The notes under the pieces are model-generated. The model was not told the origin of the DNA, searched no databases, and was given only the letters and a program-made list of their open reading frames with translations. A DNA stretch of 64,000 bases from Tubulanus polymorphus (lineage: Eukaryota; Animalia; Nemertea), in assembly GCF_964204645.1 (NCBI RefSeq), contig NC_134032.1, positions 11,644,275 through 11,708,274 of the forward strand, in the 5' to 3' direction. Below, one piece after another: positions 16,809 to 36,400 of this stretch (within the stretch, counting starts at the first letter, position 1; every line of letters starts with the position of its first letter). Both the position numbers and the translations under genes were made by a program.

Positions 16809-19500
16809 AAACCGGATTGGCAGCTGTAGACGAGACCATGGACGGCGTATCGTACCTCGGTCTCTTAAAAATCGCCGGAATATTCGCGTTCGAAAAATAC
16901 TACTTTCCTCTCGGTGTTAGCAATTTTTTTTCTTAAGCGTAAAATTATTAGTTATATCTATTATTATTATTATTACTACTAGTGCAAATACTATGAAAAA
17001 AAACCCATAAAAATAGCAAAAAATTATGAAAAAAATGAATAACCTCGACGTTACACAAAAAAAATGAAACAGGAACCCGCGCGTGTCTTAAACGATATCG
17101 ATGAAAATGATATATATGATAAAATACGCCGCCTACTGGCGGGCGTTCGAACCTAGAAGTTTATATACCGAAAAAAAAATATACCGACAACAGAGCTGCT
17201 TTTCAGTGGCTGTAACCATAGCGACGACCTAGTTATCGATGTGTTATGCGCGTTGAATGCGTTCGTCTCGTGAAATTAACGACGAAATTCGTCAGTCCGG
17301 CTGATTGGCCGCTGCCGCGAGCGTTCAGCGCTGTAATTGTTATCGATAACGTATTTTAAAATACCGTACTTGAGTGCGTGTCCGATGAATAGTGTATACC
17401 GAAAAAAAAAAATGAACATTTATTACCGGCATAAAAACCCCATAAAAATCGTAAAAAATGATATATTTATTAATCCTCAAAAAATCCATCTGCGAACGAT
17501 ATATTATTATGTTCAGCTAAACCTTCTTATAGTTGTTAGTTACGCGATCGGCCGCCAGGTGGCGCGCGCCGACTCGCTTTAGTTGTTTTTAGTCGCCTCC
17601 CCGTCGGTTGCGGTCGCAGCGTGAAAAGAAAAAATTATATTACTCGACCGCGGCTGAGGGTGGGCGGTGATTTCTTGTTGAAAAATAATTCTTATAAAAC
17701 TTTAAAAATAGCGATTTTTATCGGCCGTAACCATGGCGAGGACGGGATGATACTCTCGAGCGGCATTGTTGGAGGTCGCCGTCGGCTTGCGGTCGTTTAT
17801 TACGAGCGACGTTTAGATGATTTTAGTTTGCGAGGTCGCGTCGCAAGAGATTTTCGCCCCCTGAAATCCCGCCCGCCTGCGCTTCGAAACTGGGAAATAT
17901 TTTTTATGGAAAAGGAGATCTCGTGCGGGGCCAGGAAAGGGGCGAAAAATCTTGTGCGCGCTTCTCAAAAAAAAAAAAGATTTGATCGACGAACATAGTA
18001 ATATCGAAAACGACGATTTTCTACCGAATCCGGGCGATATTTTTCATTCGTCGTAAGGAATAAAATTTAGTTATTTTCATTGTTCCGGAGCTCGGGAGTC
18101 TACAGTCTATATCCTATATGTACATTAATGAAGGGTCCTTCGAAAACCTGGAAATGCTGAAAAAACGATAATTGAAACTTTTGATTGTAACGAATATCGT
18201 CTCCTCGCGCACGCACCGCCCAGCCGGACACGTGCCCGCTGGAATTTATTTAAACGAAGCGGAAGCGTAAATTAAAACGTTTTAACTTCACACGCTGCAC
18301 GCCCGTGCGCCAAATTTTTGCCACAGATGACGAACTGTTACGACGACAGTGGCTTACAAAGCGGCTGCTGCGTAACTCGACCGTGATGTTCATTAAATCT
18401 GATCGCGAATTCGTCGCGCCCGCCTGCCGCCTCGAAACGCTAGCCCGTGTAGCCCGCGGTTGAAATAGGTGTCGGACATGAAACTTGCCTTAGAATATAC
18501 ACATTCTCAACCGGCGCGGCCATTTTAAGAATATCGGGCGGGTGTCGATCGTACTGCGTGTATATCAGAAATCGGCTCATACAGATAATTTTTAAACATT
18601 TTTGCAGTCAACGTAACTGATGAATGGGGTTTTACATGTGTATTCTATATAAATATAAACACCGCCGTTTAGAGATACGTGCGATATCTCTGCCTTCGAA
18701 TAACGGAGACGAAAATATCGACGAGGTCTTCGGTGGTTTGATTTGATCGTTGAAACGGTTTCATTTAAATAGAAAAAAAAGGGACTGTTGTGTTATTTAT
18801 AACTTGCGAAATGACTGATTTAGAGGGCGCTACCAGTCTTTATCTGTATCGAGGAAGAAATGAGTATTATTTCCTCGTAGGCTAATCTAAAAAAAATTTC
18901 TTTCGATCTTCAAAATATTTGGTAAAACGTTTTTTTATATTTAAAAAACACTGGCGTTTGTTAAGTTAGCTTTTTTTTTTTAAAGTAATTTCTCTATTGA
19001 TACGAATCTGATATATGTGTAATTTTTGTAGTACGCGCCCGTGCACGTATTTTCATAAAAAGCGAAGTGTCATTTTTTGCAACCGAAAAAGGCATTTAAC
19101 AAAGAAAAAAATCGAAGATTGTTGAATTTATAGTTAAAAAACGAGAAAAATTGTCTTATATATATACGGAAAAAAATCTACGTTAACGAGTACAAAATGT
19201 TTATTGATCGAATTTACTAATTGACGAATGACCCGAAGAACTTTTGTAAATGTTTTATTGTAAGATCGACAATTTTATGAATAATATTCTAATTTATGAG
19301 GGTTGCCATTTGGCCTTGTATGTGTATTAATATGTCGACTGCATCGCGCACTCCTTTCTCATATTGTGTTATTTTCGGGTATTTTAAATGTTTCCGGAGA
19401 CGCTAGCAAACTGCCGTTAGTCAGCGCCCTCTTGTCTTTTCTCTTGAGTTATAATCTTATATTCTTCTTTAAATGAATAAAAAAAATCCTGTTTCAATTT
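16809..19500 (+). other. Probable long PABP 3'UTR
   Basis: About 2.7 kb with no recognised repeats, rich in A-tracts and CpG, ending near AATAAA at 19476 followed by a GT/T-rich tract; earlier AATAAA near 18058. Confidence 0.55.
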
Positions 19501-20522
19501 AAAAATATGATCCTGAGTCTTTGTTTTGTTATGTATGGCCTCAATTAGGGAATTATACGATTAAGATTGATGCAAAATTACTTCGTTCTTCGAAAAAACG
19601 ACACTGATTATGCTACGTACAATACTGAAGGCTGACTTCCGACGTGATCGCCATCTATTGGAATTTCCATGAACTAACGACTTCAGCTGGGCTTCACTCG
19701 TCCGATTCACAGACACTTAAGGCGGCAATTATCAAATGTCTAATTGGCCTAAGCATTCTTCCTTTCATACCAATACGTTCTCTAGAACCTATCTTTGCTG
19801 CCAAATTACATCATTAGCTAGCTGTGTACCAGTCACAGGTGCTCGTATCGGAGAGTAGGTAAGTAAAAGCGATATTCTGTTAATCCAATGTAAAATATTT
19901 TATATATACTACAACATTGGATTAACAGATTATCGTTTTTTACGTTACCTGCAACTCTAATTCGAGCCCCCGTGGTACCAGTCTAGCTGTATGTTAAAAA
20001 GTAAAATATGAACTCGATGAACTTCACCAATGAAAACGAGAAAGGGGAAAACCCAGCAAGCAGTACGGGGTAGCCTACACGTTTTCCCAGACATAATCGT
20101 CGAACTAATTGATGGCTCAAAAGTGGTGAGTGACGAAGGAATCTATTGACGGGTGTAGCACATAGGGTCAAAGGGAGCACCTTTTACAAATACAATGGTT
20201 TTTCTGGGTACTTTTTCCACCCACAAGGCACAAGAAGAATATGACAGCCATTCTGCAAGTTCTTTGACTTACGTTACAAGTGTAAGATAATATTTTTGTT
20301 AAGTGTCTCTCAAGTGTCTAGAAATTGTATGAAAATGCATTGATGAAATTTCAAAATTTTCCACTGACCCTTTTTTGACTGGGTTACTGGTCATATTCAA
20401 TACAGTCACTTGACCGTGATCAAATTCGTGCATTAACACCGTACTGACTACCGTGGTTGTCCTCAAATTGCAGAAATATTAAAAACATTTTTTGACTCGC
20501 ATTTTTTAGCGGAACTCAAGAG

Positions 20523-25317
<4,795 letters not shown>

Positions 25318-26789
25318 CTCATGGCATGTTCTATGATTGAAGTGAGATTCAAGGTCATTGGTTTCAGTATATGTTCACCAGGGGGGCGTTGAATATTGAA
25401 ATTGTCAGATTGTTGAGCATTTCAGACCACTTCCCAAGTGGGCATGGCATCCCTCGACCCTAGTTAAGAAATATTAATTTCGGCAAAAAAGTGCGGCCTT
25501 GGGGTTCCGACGTCCCTGGGTAACAACATTATATTATAAAACCACAATCAATTGCAATATATTTTCTATGGTTGTGGTGAGTTCCAAGATCATTGATTTG
25601 TTTATTCGTTTAAACACTAAAGGGTGTTCAATACTGAACCTGTCAGTTGTCTTTATGTATTTAACCAAGGACCTATAGACATGCTGTTCCTGGACCTCAT
25701 ATAGTGATAGTTCCGATTTGTATTCCAATTCTCTACCAGTAACTCATCCCTGATGGTCCTTGGGATACATAAAATGACTGATGCGAAACTTTGCATTTCC
25801 TATTGGTCAATGATTTGAATTTCATTTTGATTTACAGGTTGAGGTAATTCTAACTACGTTGCAAGCTCACCAGGCTAAAGAAACCTCCAGCGATGATTGA
25901 AAGCCAGATTGGCGGTTGGAGGCGAGACCGTTCAAGTTCAATCAGTACAGAGGATACGATCAAAATTTAAGTCATGTGATTCATCCCCAAAAACAATTGG
26001 AGATCATATCGGATCATATCAAAATCATTTGGAGATAGTAAAATGATATCAGGTTTATCCTAATAGGCCGGGTCACATAAAATGCAATAAAATCAGTTGT
26101 AACCAGTTAATTTCTATAGCTGCTGGATCTGTCATGGTTAAATTGATCATGATTTGAAAAATGTTATGTATAGGGTAGATAGGTGGTTGGTTGAATCAAA
26201 TTTTAGATTTTAAGCTAGTCAGAAATCAGAAACAAGGTATAAACTTTTTTAGCCTAATTATAGAAATAAGCTAGAGGATGTATGATAAAGGATTTATGTG
26301 TGTAGATTGTTTGCCTGATGATTATGATATATGATGTTATGAATAAATGAATAAGAAAATCCTCTTTCAATTAAGAAATGATCGTAGTTTTCATTTTTCA
26401 TGGCATTTGAGGTTTCATTTCACAGGACAGCTCTGTTTCATACCGGTTCTTCTAGGGGTTTGAGGGATCGAACTTTTCCCAAGAAAGTTTTGAAGAAGAC
26501 CTATTTAGAATGAATTACTAATCTGACTTTGGCCACAATGGAATATACGCTTGTCGGTTTAGCGGGCGACCGTAACAGATGACAACACTTTCACAAAATA
26601 GCACTTCGAATGTTGTTGGCAGGGGCGGATCTAGGGAAATTTATGAGACTTGTTAAAGTCCAATATTTCAACAATGACATATACATGTAATTGCGTTTAT
26701 GGAGATCAAAGTGTCCTTTTTGGACTTGACAAGTTCTCCAAAATAAGTCCCTTTGTATAGGATTACACTTGCCCAATATTCCAAACCGT

Positions 26790-27280
26790 TGTAACCGGAT
26801 GCATTAATGATATATCTAATTATAAACTTGATGTTCAAAAAAGCTTTAGCCAATATGCTATGATCGCCATCTATTGGAATTTCGCTGAACTGACTAGTTT
26901 GCACTTATTATGTCTCGCATTTCTGTTGAATATGTTGAAATCACGTTCGCCATCTAGTGGGTACATGTTATGCTACCGCGTAGCGTCCTATATCGCCTAG
27001 ATGGCGAGTGTGTTTTTCAAAAAATGATAAAAAAGAACAGGACAGAGTAAGACCAGTTTAGTTCGTGCAGCGAAATTCCAATAGATGGCGCTAAAATCGG
27101 AATATTCATGCACACGGTCAGCATATCAGTTCTACCTACGAGCAATTATCTTAATTACTCGTAGGTTCTACATCATCTGTTTTCACAACATCTAGATCAC
27201 TGAGACAGTAACTACACGAAAAGAGATATATTTTCCAATAAAACAACTTTTTGTTTGATGTTTTAAAGCCATTCACAAAC
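26790..27280. mobile_element. Palindromic repeat family C carrying (C/A)TAGATGGCG motifs; copy at about 38790-39300, fragment at 19645-19680
   Basis: cgccatctattggaatttcgctg ... cagcgaaattccaatagatggcg with an inner ttcgccatctag/ctagatggcgag pair; shared tail ttttaaagccattcaca. Confidence 0.75.
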
Positions 27281-28240
27281 CATATAACCCATCAGTTTAA
27301 TAGGTGACGTTTTTATCAGTTTTATAGGTGACAATTTCTGTCTCAAGATCTCAAACCGTACTCCCATCAGTTGACATTTTCGTCACTTGAAACAGATTAG
27401 CCCTTTCTCGGTCAAGCTTTCGGACAAGTAAAAGAAAAACATTTCTGAGTTTGAGGGTTTGAATAACTGGAATATATACTGGAATTCCGGATTCCTGAAT
27501 ATAAGGATTATCTGAATGCTGTGCTTATACTTTTTTCTTTTTGCGAAGTTTTTATGATTTAACATGTCCAAATGTGCGCTGGTTAGTCGATTCGCATCGA
27601 TAATTACATCTGAGAACTCTGACCTTTTTCGCGTAGATGAAAGAAAAATTATAATCAAAGTCTACACTACTATGCGTCTGCGTACTGCGTCTGGTCTAAC
27701 CACCTGCGACTGGATACTGAAATTTTACGTACCGGTACCAACACTCTCCGATAAGGTTTTTTTTTAATTACTTGGAGCAATAAAACAAGAGGGCTAAGGG
27801 GGAAAATAAGAATTTAATTTTGTATAATAGGTGTTTGAAATGGAAGGGAACAGGAAAAATTAGAAATAAAAATCTTTTTATCATTTGAGTATTTTTCACA
27901 TAACACTTGTGAAGGACTGCAGAAAAAACGAGAGGAATGGAAATAGTGGTGAATTTTATTCAAATGATGGGAGAAATGACAAAAAAACCTAATTTTTTTT
28001 GCAAATCATAAGATTGAAAATTGAGATATTTTTTACATTTTTTTTTTACTTTTACAATTAAGATACTAGATTGAAAATCAAGACGGACATAACAAAAATT
28101 CTTCATTGAAAATTTGCGATGAAAACACAAATGACTACAAATAAATTATTTTACTTTTTTAATTTGATGATTTTCGCAGTATTCTCGGAGGCGGATTCGT
28201 ACTAAATGTAATTGAAAAAGGCCTAATACTTGTAGGAAAA

Positions 28241-29200
28241 CTACCTAATGCGACATCCAATAAACGAAGAACGAAACTTTGGACTGGTAAATATAAACAA
28301 ACACATATTCACAAAAGAGGTTACATCCCTCAATGTTATAACAACATTTGAAACCTTGCTTTGGTGTTCGTACTTCATTAATTTCATCCCCTTCAATGCT
28401 ATAAGACATCTACTGACAGCATTAGGCGATGTTAATATGAAGACAACACTCACGACCATAGTTATCATCCTCAATGCCTGATTGCTGGATTGCTCTTTCG
28501 AGCCCGCGAGTTTTGATTCGTGTTTGCGAGTAACAACTTTGTACAATATCAAGAGAGATAGGGTTATTATGGCAAACAGGGGAATAACGCTATCGAAAGT
28601 TAAGGCATGAAACTTTCGTATTTGATTAGTATTTGGTGTATGTTTGAAAACATACCTCGGCTGACCGTACGGGCATGTATATTCACTTTTCACGTAACCC
28701 ATCTGGAAAAACCGAAAGAAGTTTAGAAGAAAAATTGATAAGCTCAGCAGACATGCCATGATCCATGTTCTACGGATTGTAAGCCACGATAATGAGCTCA
28801 GTGGAAAAAATACATTGATCATCCTTATGAATGAAATATAAACCACAGTCCAAATTGAATTCATCTGGATGGATGTAGTAGGAACGATTGTAACTAAAAG
28901 CATCAATGGCATTCTTTCTTTAGATTCAACATAAAAAGCTCCATTTCCCATGATAATGTAAGCCACTAAATATCGAATTCCTCCTTTGGTCAGCTTCGCT
29001 ATCAGCGCAAGACAGTCAATTCCTGTATAGTACCGTAGAGTAACGAGAGAAACTGAATTCGATTTTCTCGCCATTCGAGTGAAAACGATTGTTGATGTAA
29101 CTCCAGCGATAAGTGACAAAACTAGTAACGGTGTGCGTACATACACCGTCACCCAAAGCGATTCTGTTTGTTTCGCGCACGTTACGTTTCGAACCATCAT
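28241..29200 (-). CDS. Single-exon class A (rhodopsin-like) GPCR, divergent FMRFamide-receptor-like/chemoreceptor type
   Basis: 319-aa ORF with seven hydrophobic segments; SIWTVVYISFIRMINVFFPL (TM3/ICL2), IP in TM5, SP in TM6, VN...F...SPKFR (TM7/H8). Confidence 0.82.
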   Translation of the reverse strand: MMVRNVTCAKQTESLWVTVYVRTPLLVLSLIAGVTSTIVFTRMARKSNSVSLVTLRYYTGIDCLALIAKLTKGGIRYLVAYIIMGNGAFYVESKERMPLMLLVTIVPTTSIQMNSIWTVVYISFIRMINVFFPLSSLSWLTIRRTWIMACLLSLSIFLLNFFRFFQMGYVKSEYTCPYGQPRYVFKHTPNTNQIRKFHALTFDSVIPLFAIITLSLLILYKVVTRKHESKLAGSKEQSSNQALRMITMVVSVVFILTSPNAVSRCLIALKGMKLMKYEHQSKVSNVVITLRDVTSFVNMCLFIFTSPKFRSSFIGCRIR

Positions 29201-29611
29201 TTTAGAACTGACAGTGCTGGTCGTCGGATCGAACAGAACTGCAGCAGCGGAATAATAATGATTATAGCTTTATATTCGACTCATGATTCCCCTGAGTTCA
29301 TAACATGTAGTTATGGAAGTTACATCTGAGTTTGGTTACGGTGTAATAAACGTCATCGGGATGTCAGTCGATAGAACATTTTATCTATTCCTTACCGAGG
29401 TTCCCATCTCAGATGTGTGTAAAAGAACGAAAGAGAGCAAGTGATATACACGTCCACTTGATTAAGAGTGACGGATGAGAGGGAGAGTGAAACATAGTAC
29501 ATGTGCGTATATAGTTACTGATAAGACACTGGCCAGTTCGGCACTGATAAAAATTCAAGTACCTAAGGACTGACCAGTGTTCTGTTGAAAATATCAAAGT
29601 AATTAGTTACT

Positions 29612-29889
<278 letters not shown>

Positions 29890-30179
29890 ATGATATTAAT
29901 CATAATAGTAATTGTTATATTCTTCTCTGTATCAGTACTGGGTTCATTATGGTCGAGAGAACACCAAAAACACCGGAAACTGAACACCATAATTCCGGAA
30001 AGTTGTCATTTAACAAAACTTCTGTGGGTGTGGATGAACAGGGGTATACCAGGTTGAAATCCAGCCATATTTGGTGTGGATGGCGACCAGGGGTGTTTCA
30101 GATCTATTGTAACCGATTCTGAGCGATCTGAATGCTAAAGTTGGTGAGTGATCGACGCTGGGTAGTTTTGAGAAAAGTG

Positions 30180-30290
30180 AGACAGTCGAATCCTAGCTAG
30201 AGAAACGGAATTTGATTTCTTGGCCATTCGAGTGAAAATGACAGTCGATATTACTCCAGAGAGATAATTGAAAATACTTTCAAAATTCAA
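30180..30290 (-). pseudogene. GPCR gene fragment (end of TM1 / ICL1)
   Basis: SGVISTVIFTRMAKKSNSVSL versus AGVTSTIVFTRMARKSNSVSL in the adjacent intact GPCR; similarity then stops. Confidence 0.75.
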
Positions 30291-30887
30291 GAACTTTATA
30301 TAGAAAATATACGTAAACGCCGCTCGAGATTCGCCACGGTACAACCCTGCCACACACTAGCCCGGTGGGCAGGAATGCGCAGCTTAGATGATGTCATAAA
30401 TAATGTCTTAGACGATGTCATTATTAACCGAGAAAGTGCCCAGAACGCGTCTCCGCGCATCTAATTTAAAAAAAATTTCTGGGGTTGGACCCGCAGACCC
30501 CCCTATTTGGATTTGTGCACCCCCTCCATGGAATCCTGGATCCGCCGCTGCGTCCCGTGCATTTTCATTGATATCACTTTACTCTCGTGCGACAATTCTA
30601 ACCACGTCGTGTTTTGGGTATGATACGTAAAAGTATACGCCCCTGTAACTGCAGAAAAAAAATAAATGCTGGGTGCCCCATTTACAAAGCGCACTAATTA
30701 GGCGGAACAGTTTATTTTGGAAACTCCAGAAAGAAATATTTTCCCGTAACAAGGTTTTTTTTATCCAACACGAATTACATTATTTCGTATATCTCTCGAC
30801 TTGACCTGTGTGTGATTTCCAGCCTGTCCGATTACTGCAAGATTTCAGATGCTGATTAATGAAAATTTGATGTCCTCAATTTTGACA

Positions 30888-31230
30888 TCCTCCCGAAATG
30901 AAAATAAACAGTATGTTAAGTGTATCTATGAATTGAAAACATATTCAAATTAATCGTCAATCGATTGATTTGGCAACGTAATCATTTTCGTAACGTATTT
31001 GAACTTATTTAGAAACGGCTGAATCATAAAAATTCCACGCCAGAAATCCGTCAAACTGGTATCAGAGAATATAACAGTCGTTTCTAAATAAGTTCAAATA
31101 CGTTACGTAAATAATTACGTTGCCTAATTAATTTATTTAAGAGTAATTTGAATATGTTTTGGATTCATAGATCCATTTAACACACTGTATTTTATGATTT
31201 CGGGAGGTATTTGTAATTTTCTCTAAGGTC
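30888..31230. mobile_element. Foldback MITE family D, copy 1
   Basis: cctcccgaaat...tttagaaacggctg / cagtcgtttctaaa...atttcgggagg, arms of about 135 bp. Confidence 0.8.
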
Positions 31231-32059
31231 TAAAGGGTATTTCGATGCCCTGCCCCCTCTGTTGGATTTTCACTGAACTAAAATCATAATAGATCCTTTG
31301 TAAAGAATTCATATAGATTTTCATATAGTATTATGGAGGTGAGAGTAGAGAATGCTACTGCGGCAGTCGATGGATTCTTTCTCTGGCAGTCGAGGGTTCA
31401 GTAAATATGATGTAAATGTGTAATACTTAAATGCTTTTAGAAATATTTGTTAAATAAATTATCGATAAGTAAAAAATTTCGTAATTTTTCTGTCATATGC
31501 TAAACAATTAGGAGTGTCCCGAGTTCGAATCTGCAAATTTCCTGCAAATTTCCGTGGATCATTATCAGTAGACCGGGCTATAACCCCAGACACCTCATCA
31601 TTTATTCAACAGCAGGACTCGCAGAATCAAACCAGGGGCTGTGTATAAATTTCATACCAGGTGTTTTGATACCGATTCAGAGAGTCCCGACATTCAGGGT
31701 TCGAACCTGGCCTGTCGATTCAAAACCAACTGCGAATCAGTACTAAAATAGACTGCGTTTGTAGATGAACATATCATCACCTATTCAGCATTCAGGTCAC
31801 TAAGAATGATTTTAGCTGCAAACGCGGTTTATTCTGATACTGATTCACAGTTGCCCAGATGATGAATAGAGAATTAAGACAGGGATGTTTGGTGCAGAGG
31901 TACTGCGTCTGATCTGTGCTGATGCTGAACAGACGTCGAATTCGTCATTTCTTCCGTATGAAAATGTATATAGCATTTACACAAAGGATTTATTGTGAAT
32001 TTAGTGCAGTGAAAATCCGACAGAGGGAGTAGAGCATCGAAATACACTTTAGACGCCAG

Positions 32060-32420
32060 ATAAAAATACAAAACCTCCCGAAATGAGCATAAACAGTGTT
32101 TTAAGTGCATCTATGAATTGAAAACATATTCAAATTACTCTTCAATCAATTAATTTGGCAACGTAATTATTTTTCGTAACGTATTTGAACTTATTTAGAA
32201 ACGACTGAATTGTAGGAATTCCACGTCAGAAACCCGTCAAACTGATATCAGAGAATATAGCGGTCGTTTCTAAATAAGTTCAAATACGTAACGTAAATAA
32301 TTACGTTGCCTAATTAATTAATTTAAGAGTAATTTGAATATGTTTTGGATTCATAGATCCATTTAACACACTGTATTTTATGATTTCGGGATTTCGGTTT
32401 TTGTAATTTTCTCTCTAAGA
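32060..32420. mobile_element. Foldback MITE family D, copy 2
   Basis: Near-identical to 30888-31230. Confidence 0.8.
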
Positions 32421-33168
32421 TCTTTAGTAATTTAGTGTTCTGGGATATTCTTGAATATCATTCTCTGCCCTGAGAATGGATACAAGTATTAACTTGGTAA
32501 TTTTGAAACTAGATGAAGAAATATTTCTTTAGCATAATTTCTTCATAATTTTCATCCAGCGCATATTTCCTTATTTCATGTGCTAGTTGGTTTGGTGAAA
32601 ATTAGCTAAGACAAATATATAGATAGTCAGTTGGGGCAGATAAAAAGAGGGCGCAGTATTTGTTTTTTTTTTTGTTGCAAACAAAGCACGCGAGAAAATC
32701 AAGATGGTGGAAGAATTAAAGTCAGATTTCAGCAAGAAAAAATATTGTTTTGTATAGTTCTATTCGGATAGTCGGGACATTCATAATAAAAGTTTCCTTT
32801 GATAATTAATGATTATTATTATCATCTACCTGTCGCGACCTGCCCGCTTACCTCCCGGCTGAGATGATTCCTAAATTCAAGCCTGTATAATTCCTTGAAA
32901 CCAATATTTTCTTACAAGCGAAACTGTAGAACCTGGGCAGCAGTACAAAATGTATTTATAAAGCCTAACCAGGCCTACAAATTATTCTAAAGCCTTTACA
33001 AACAGATTATTTTAGACACCTTGGGGGACGAACTGAGGGGTCAATCAAAATCAAGACACTTGAACTCTATGTGTATCGGGGTCATGTAAACTCCCAGACA
33101 ATTTGGCAGAAATCCGAGTTTTATTAGTAATAGTAAACGCCATGATACGTAATAGTAAAACAGTCATA

Positions 33169-33355
33169 CAGTGGAACCTCGTTAAAACGAACTCGGATAC
33201 AACGATTCATCCGATATAAAAAATAGAGGATTTGATAAATGTCGTACTGGATACAACCTTGGAGTAATCATTGAAGATTACTCCATGATTTAACGAACTA
33301 TCGGTTATAACGAACATATTTTCTGGTCCCGTGAAGTTCGCTGTAACGAGGTTAG
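33169..33355. mobile_element. Tc1/mariner-pogo-like MITE
   Basis: ta|cagtggaacctcgttaaaacgaact ... agttcgctgtaacgaggtt. Confidence 0.65.
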
Positions 33356-33412
33356 TAACTAAAACTTTCTGCAATAATGGTTTATGGTAAACTGCTTTTT
33401 TATAAAGTGCCC

Positions 33413-36400
33413 CTATTTCAATTTGAACCACTGTAGATTGAAAAGCTCGGCGAACAGCGGTTCGATATTCTTTGTGTCGTTCGTCGCCAAAACGCGCCGA
33501 TGATGTTCCTTGATACACTGCAGATTACAAAGTTCCATCATTAGATGTGGAAAGAGCACTCTTTGCGATGAATGCTTAGTTTTTACGTATCGATTCAGCA
33601 AGCCGGCGTACTTCTCCGCGTAGGCGAATATCGCGTCACTGCAACCTAACGCGTGGATCCCCGGGCACGCCGTAAACAGTGAAATCGTAGCCAAAAGATA
33701 AATAACGTTATTGTCTCGCCGTACGAGCCCATTGAGACTTTTTACAAGTTTCGAGTACGCGGCGTACAACGCGAACAGAGGTTGTCCAGATTCGTGAATC
33801 GAAGAGTTCTGTTCGAGCCACAGCCACAAGTAACTTCCGCTTCTGGCGCTGAACGACGGAACGGATAATAACACTAAGATCTCGATGACGGAATTTTTGA
33901 GCAGTTCGATTTGAACGCGGATTTCAAGGCTCCAAAAATCGTCGATTCCTTTAGTTACTTTGATAAGATTATGCACGGATTTGTCAGCCATGACTGCCAG
34001 GGACGCGTTAGTATCTGACTGGTTGTTGTTGTTGTTGTTGTTGTAGATATTTGTATAGGCGGCGTTTAATCCGGTTATCAGCGTCCGGTCCTCATTTGAA
34101 AGAACATCAACCGGATCGATATTATTTTTCCAGTAACCTGTATTCAGACGCTGTTGACTCAACAACTTACCACGTTGTCGACCGTTACCTGAAAATTAAT
34201 TCAGATATTATGTTATACCAGTCAACCTGCAGCAAAGAACCCAGGAGCGGATTAAGTAGGTCCGGACCTGCCTTCCCATTGAGGTTGCCCCTTTCTTTTT
34301 TCAAAGATAGTTAAAACCTGCACATTTGACCCTCAGCCTTCGGATTTGCATATTTTCGGATTCATTTCTTAAAAAGTATCTACCACCAAGACCACCATGT
34401 TGTCTAACAATATATTCGTCCCAAGAATGTGCAATCACTTTTCGAATATATATCCCTCGTACGAACATCAAGTTTCGTGCATATCCCCATCATTCAACAT
34501 GGCGGCCATTATTTGATGTGCTTTCGTGGCCGATGACCTCCATTTTCGATAGGAGTGGACATCTTACCTGCCCAAACCTTCAAATTAAGTATCGAAAAAA
34601 ATACAGTAAGAATTTTGAGAAGCTGTATCGATATCGCGCAAACAAGAAAATTCGATTGGCTGCCATGGTGCCATATGATGAATTTTACAATGCGTTTTTT
34701 TGCACAGAGCATCGCCCGGTAGTTCATGCGTTTTACAACTCGTCTCATATCGTCATATAGATGGTTTTTTTTTCGTTCAATACCGCAGCATGTGTGTCAA
34801 TAAACTCCTACTTCACGCGCACTAATGCGCCATAGTTCTGTTCGAGTTAATGGAAAGCTGAATCTATATGGACGCATTTTCTATCCATAGAATGTAATTC
34901 GTCTCTGAGCTAATAGTGCGTAGGCCTGGGTCTGAACGTGGAGTAATCAGACTGAAGATGATTACATGTTCGAAATTATTGCGTTTTCATCTTTGAATGG
35001 ATGTAATCATTTGACTGGAGAGAACTCCCCTATATTCATTCGCGAATCATTACTTCGAGGTTTCGATCCATATTGTTTTGTGATGGCCTGAACCTGGCAC
35101 CACGCACACTCGACTCTCGACAATCGACCGGTTTTTGATTGTCCAGTCACTTCACCTTTTTAAGTCGAAATGAATCAGAGTCAAAACACCAAAGGTAGAT
35201 TTTAATGATCAGCATACGTAGGCCTTACTATCAAGAGGTGATCGCCCTCTACGCGGGCCACCTGCGTTCAGTCACAACAATACAGCGTTGAGCAGTTGCC
35301 TGAATAAGGGGACATTCAACCCTTCTTATTGATTTCTATCTAACCCAGACGTAGAGGGGCATCGATCGCGCTTTGAACTGAATTAAAACAACTACGTAGC
35401 CGATCGAATAGTTCTTTGTAGGCTAACTAGTTTATTTTGACGCACGAGCTTTCTTTAACTTAAACCATGCGTATATAGGTCAGATCTTTTGGGACGAAGA
35501 AAAGTCATCCAACTTAGAAAAAGTCCCGACTTTGAAGAAGTCGGATTTCCGACCTTTTCCGAAAACTACGGCTTGAGAATTAATTTCTGTAAACGGAACA
35601 ATTGAATCAACATCTATTCAAGAAATGATTTTAAAACGCTTAAATTTCGGGTGTATTTTTCTTTTCGATTCCAAGCCAGGAACTGCTAAGGGCCGAAACA
35701 GAAAAGAATTCAAACTGCAACTGTGGAAGAAAATAGCCCTCCGACTTTCGGTGAGGGATTTTAACTGAATTTTTTTTATTAGGGGCCAAAAAGACAACTG
35801 CGAGGTAGGCGAGTTTCCGACTCTGAATCCGACTTTGGATTATGAATTTCTTTGAAAAAGAGAAGGAAAAATCGGGGCCATCAGTATTCATCCGATTACG
35901 CAAAGTTTACTGCAGCCTCATCATGAAATCGCCATGCCGAATGCTCACTCAAAGCTCATGGCTCAAAAGCTAATAACCAGTGCATGTCATGTAACTGCAC
36001 ATTTAGGGCGCTATTCAGACAGGTTTCGTCATAGGGTTTCGAGCCGTGGCTGAATATAGCGATGCCATCACGTTCGAATCTCTGCCGAGGGAGGATGGGT
36101 TTTACTTACGGAATACCAAATTTTTATCCATGCCGGCCCGGAAACATTTCATCAAGCGACATTTTTTGCAGTAGATCCGCGATACCTTGTTCACATCGCA
36201 GTGGCCCTTACATCGGCTTTTTAAAACCTGAAAATGTAGCAATGATTTGTACCGTTTAAACACTCTTATACCTAATTCAAAGAGTAATGACCAACAATAT
36301 GCCGGTCATCATATCAGGTTGGAATCCCATGAAATTTAAAACCTCATGTCTAAAGAGACATATTTCATTCAACCAACTTATAAACTTTAAACATCAGCGT

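Noticed and set aside
17621-17998. 125-aa ORF downstream of PABP
   Set aside because: GTG start, no recognisable domain, lies in the probable 3'UTR.
34326-34760. 144-aa ORF antisense within the nuclear receptor intron
   Set aside because: No recognisable motif, non-ATG start; probably repeat-derived.
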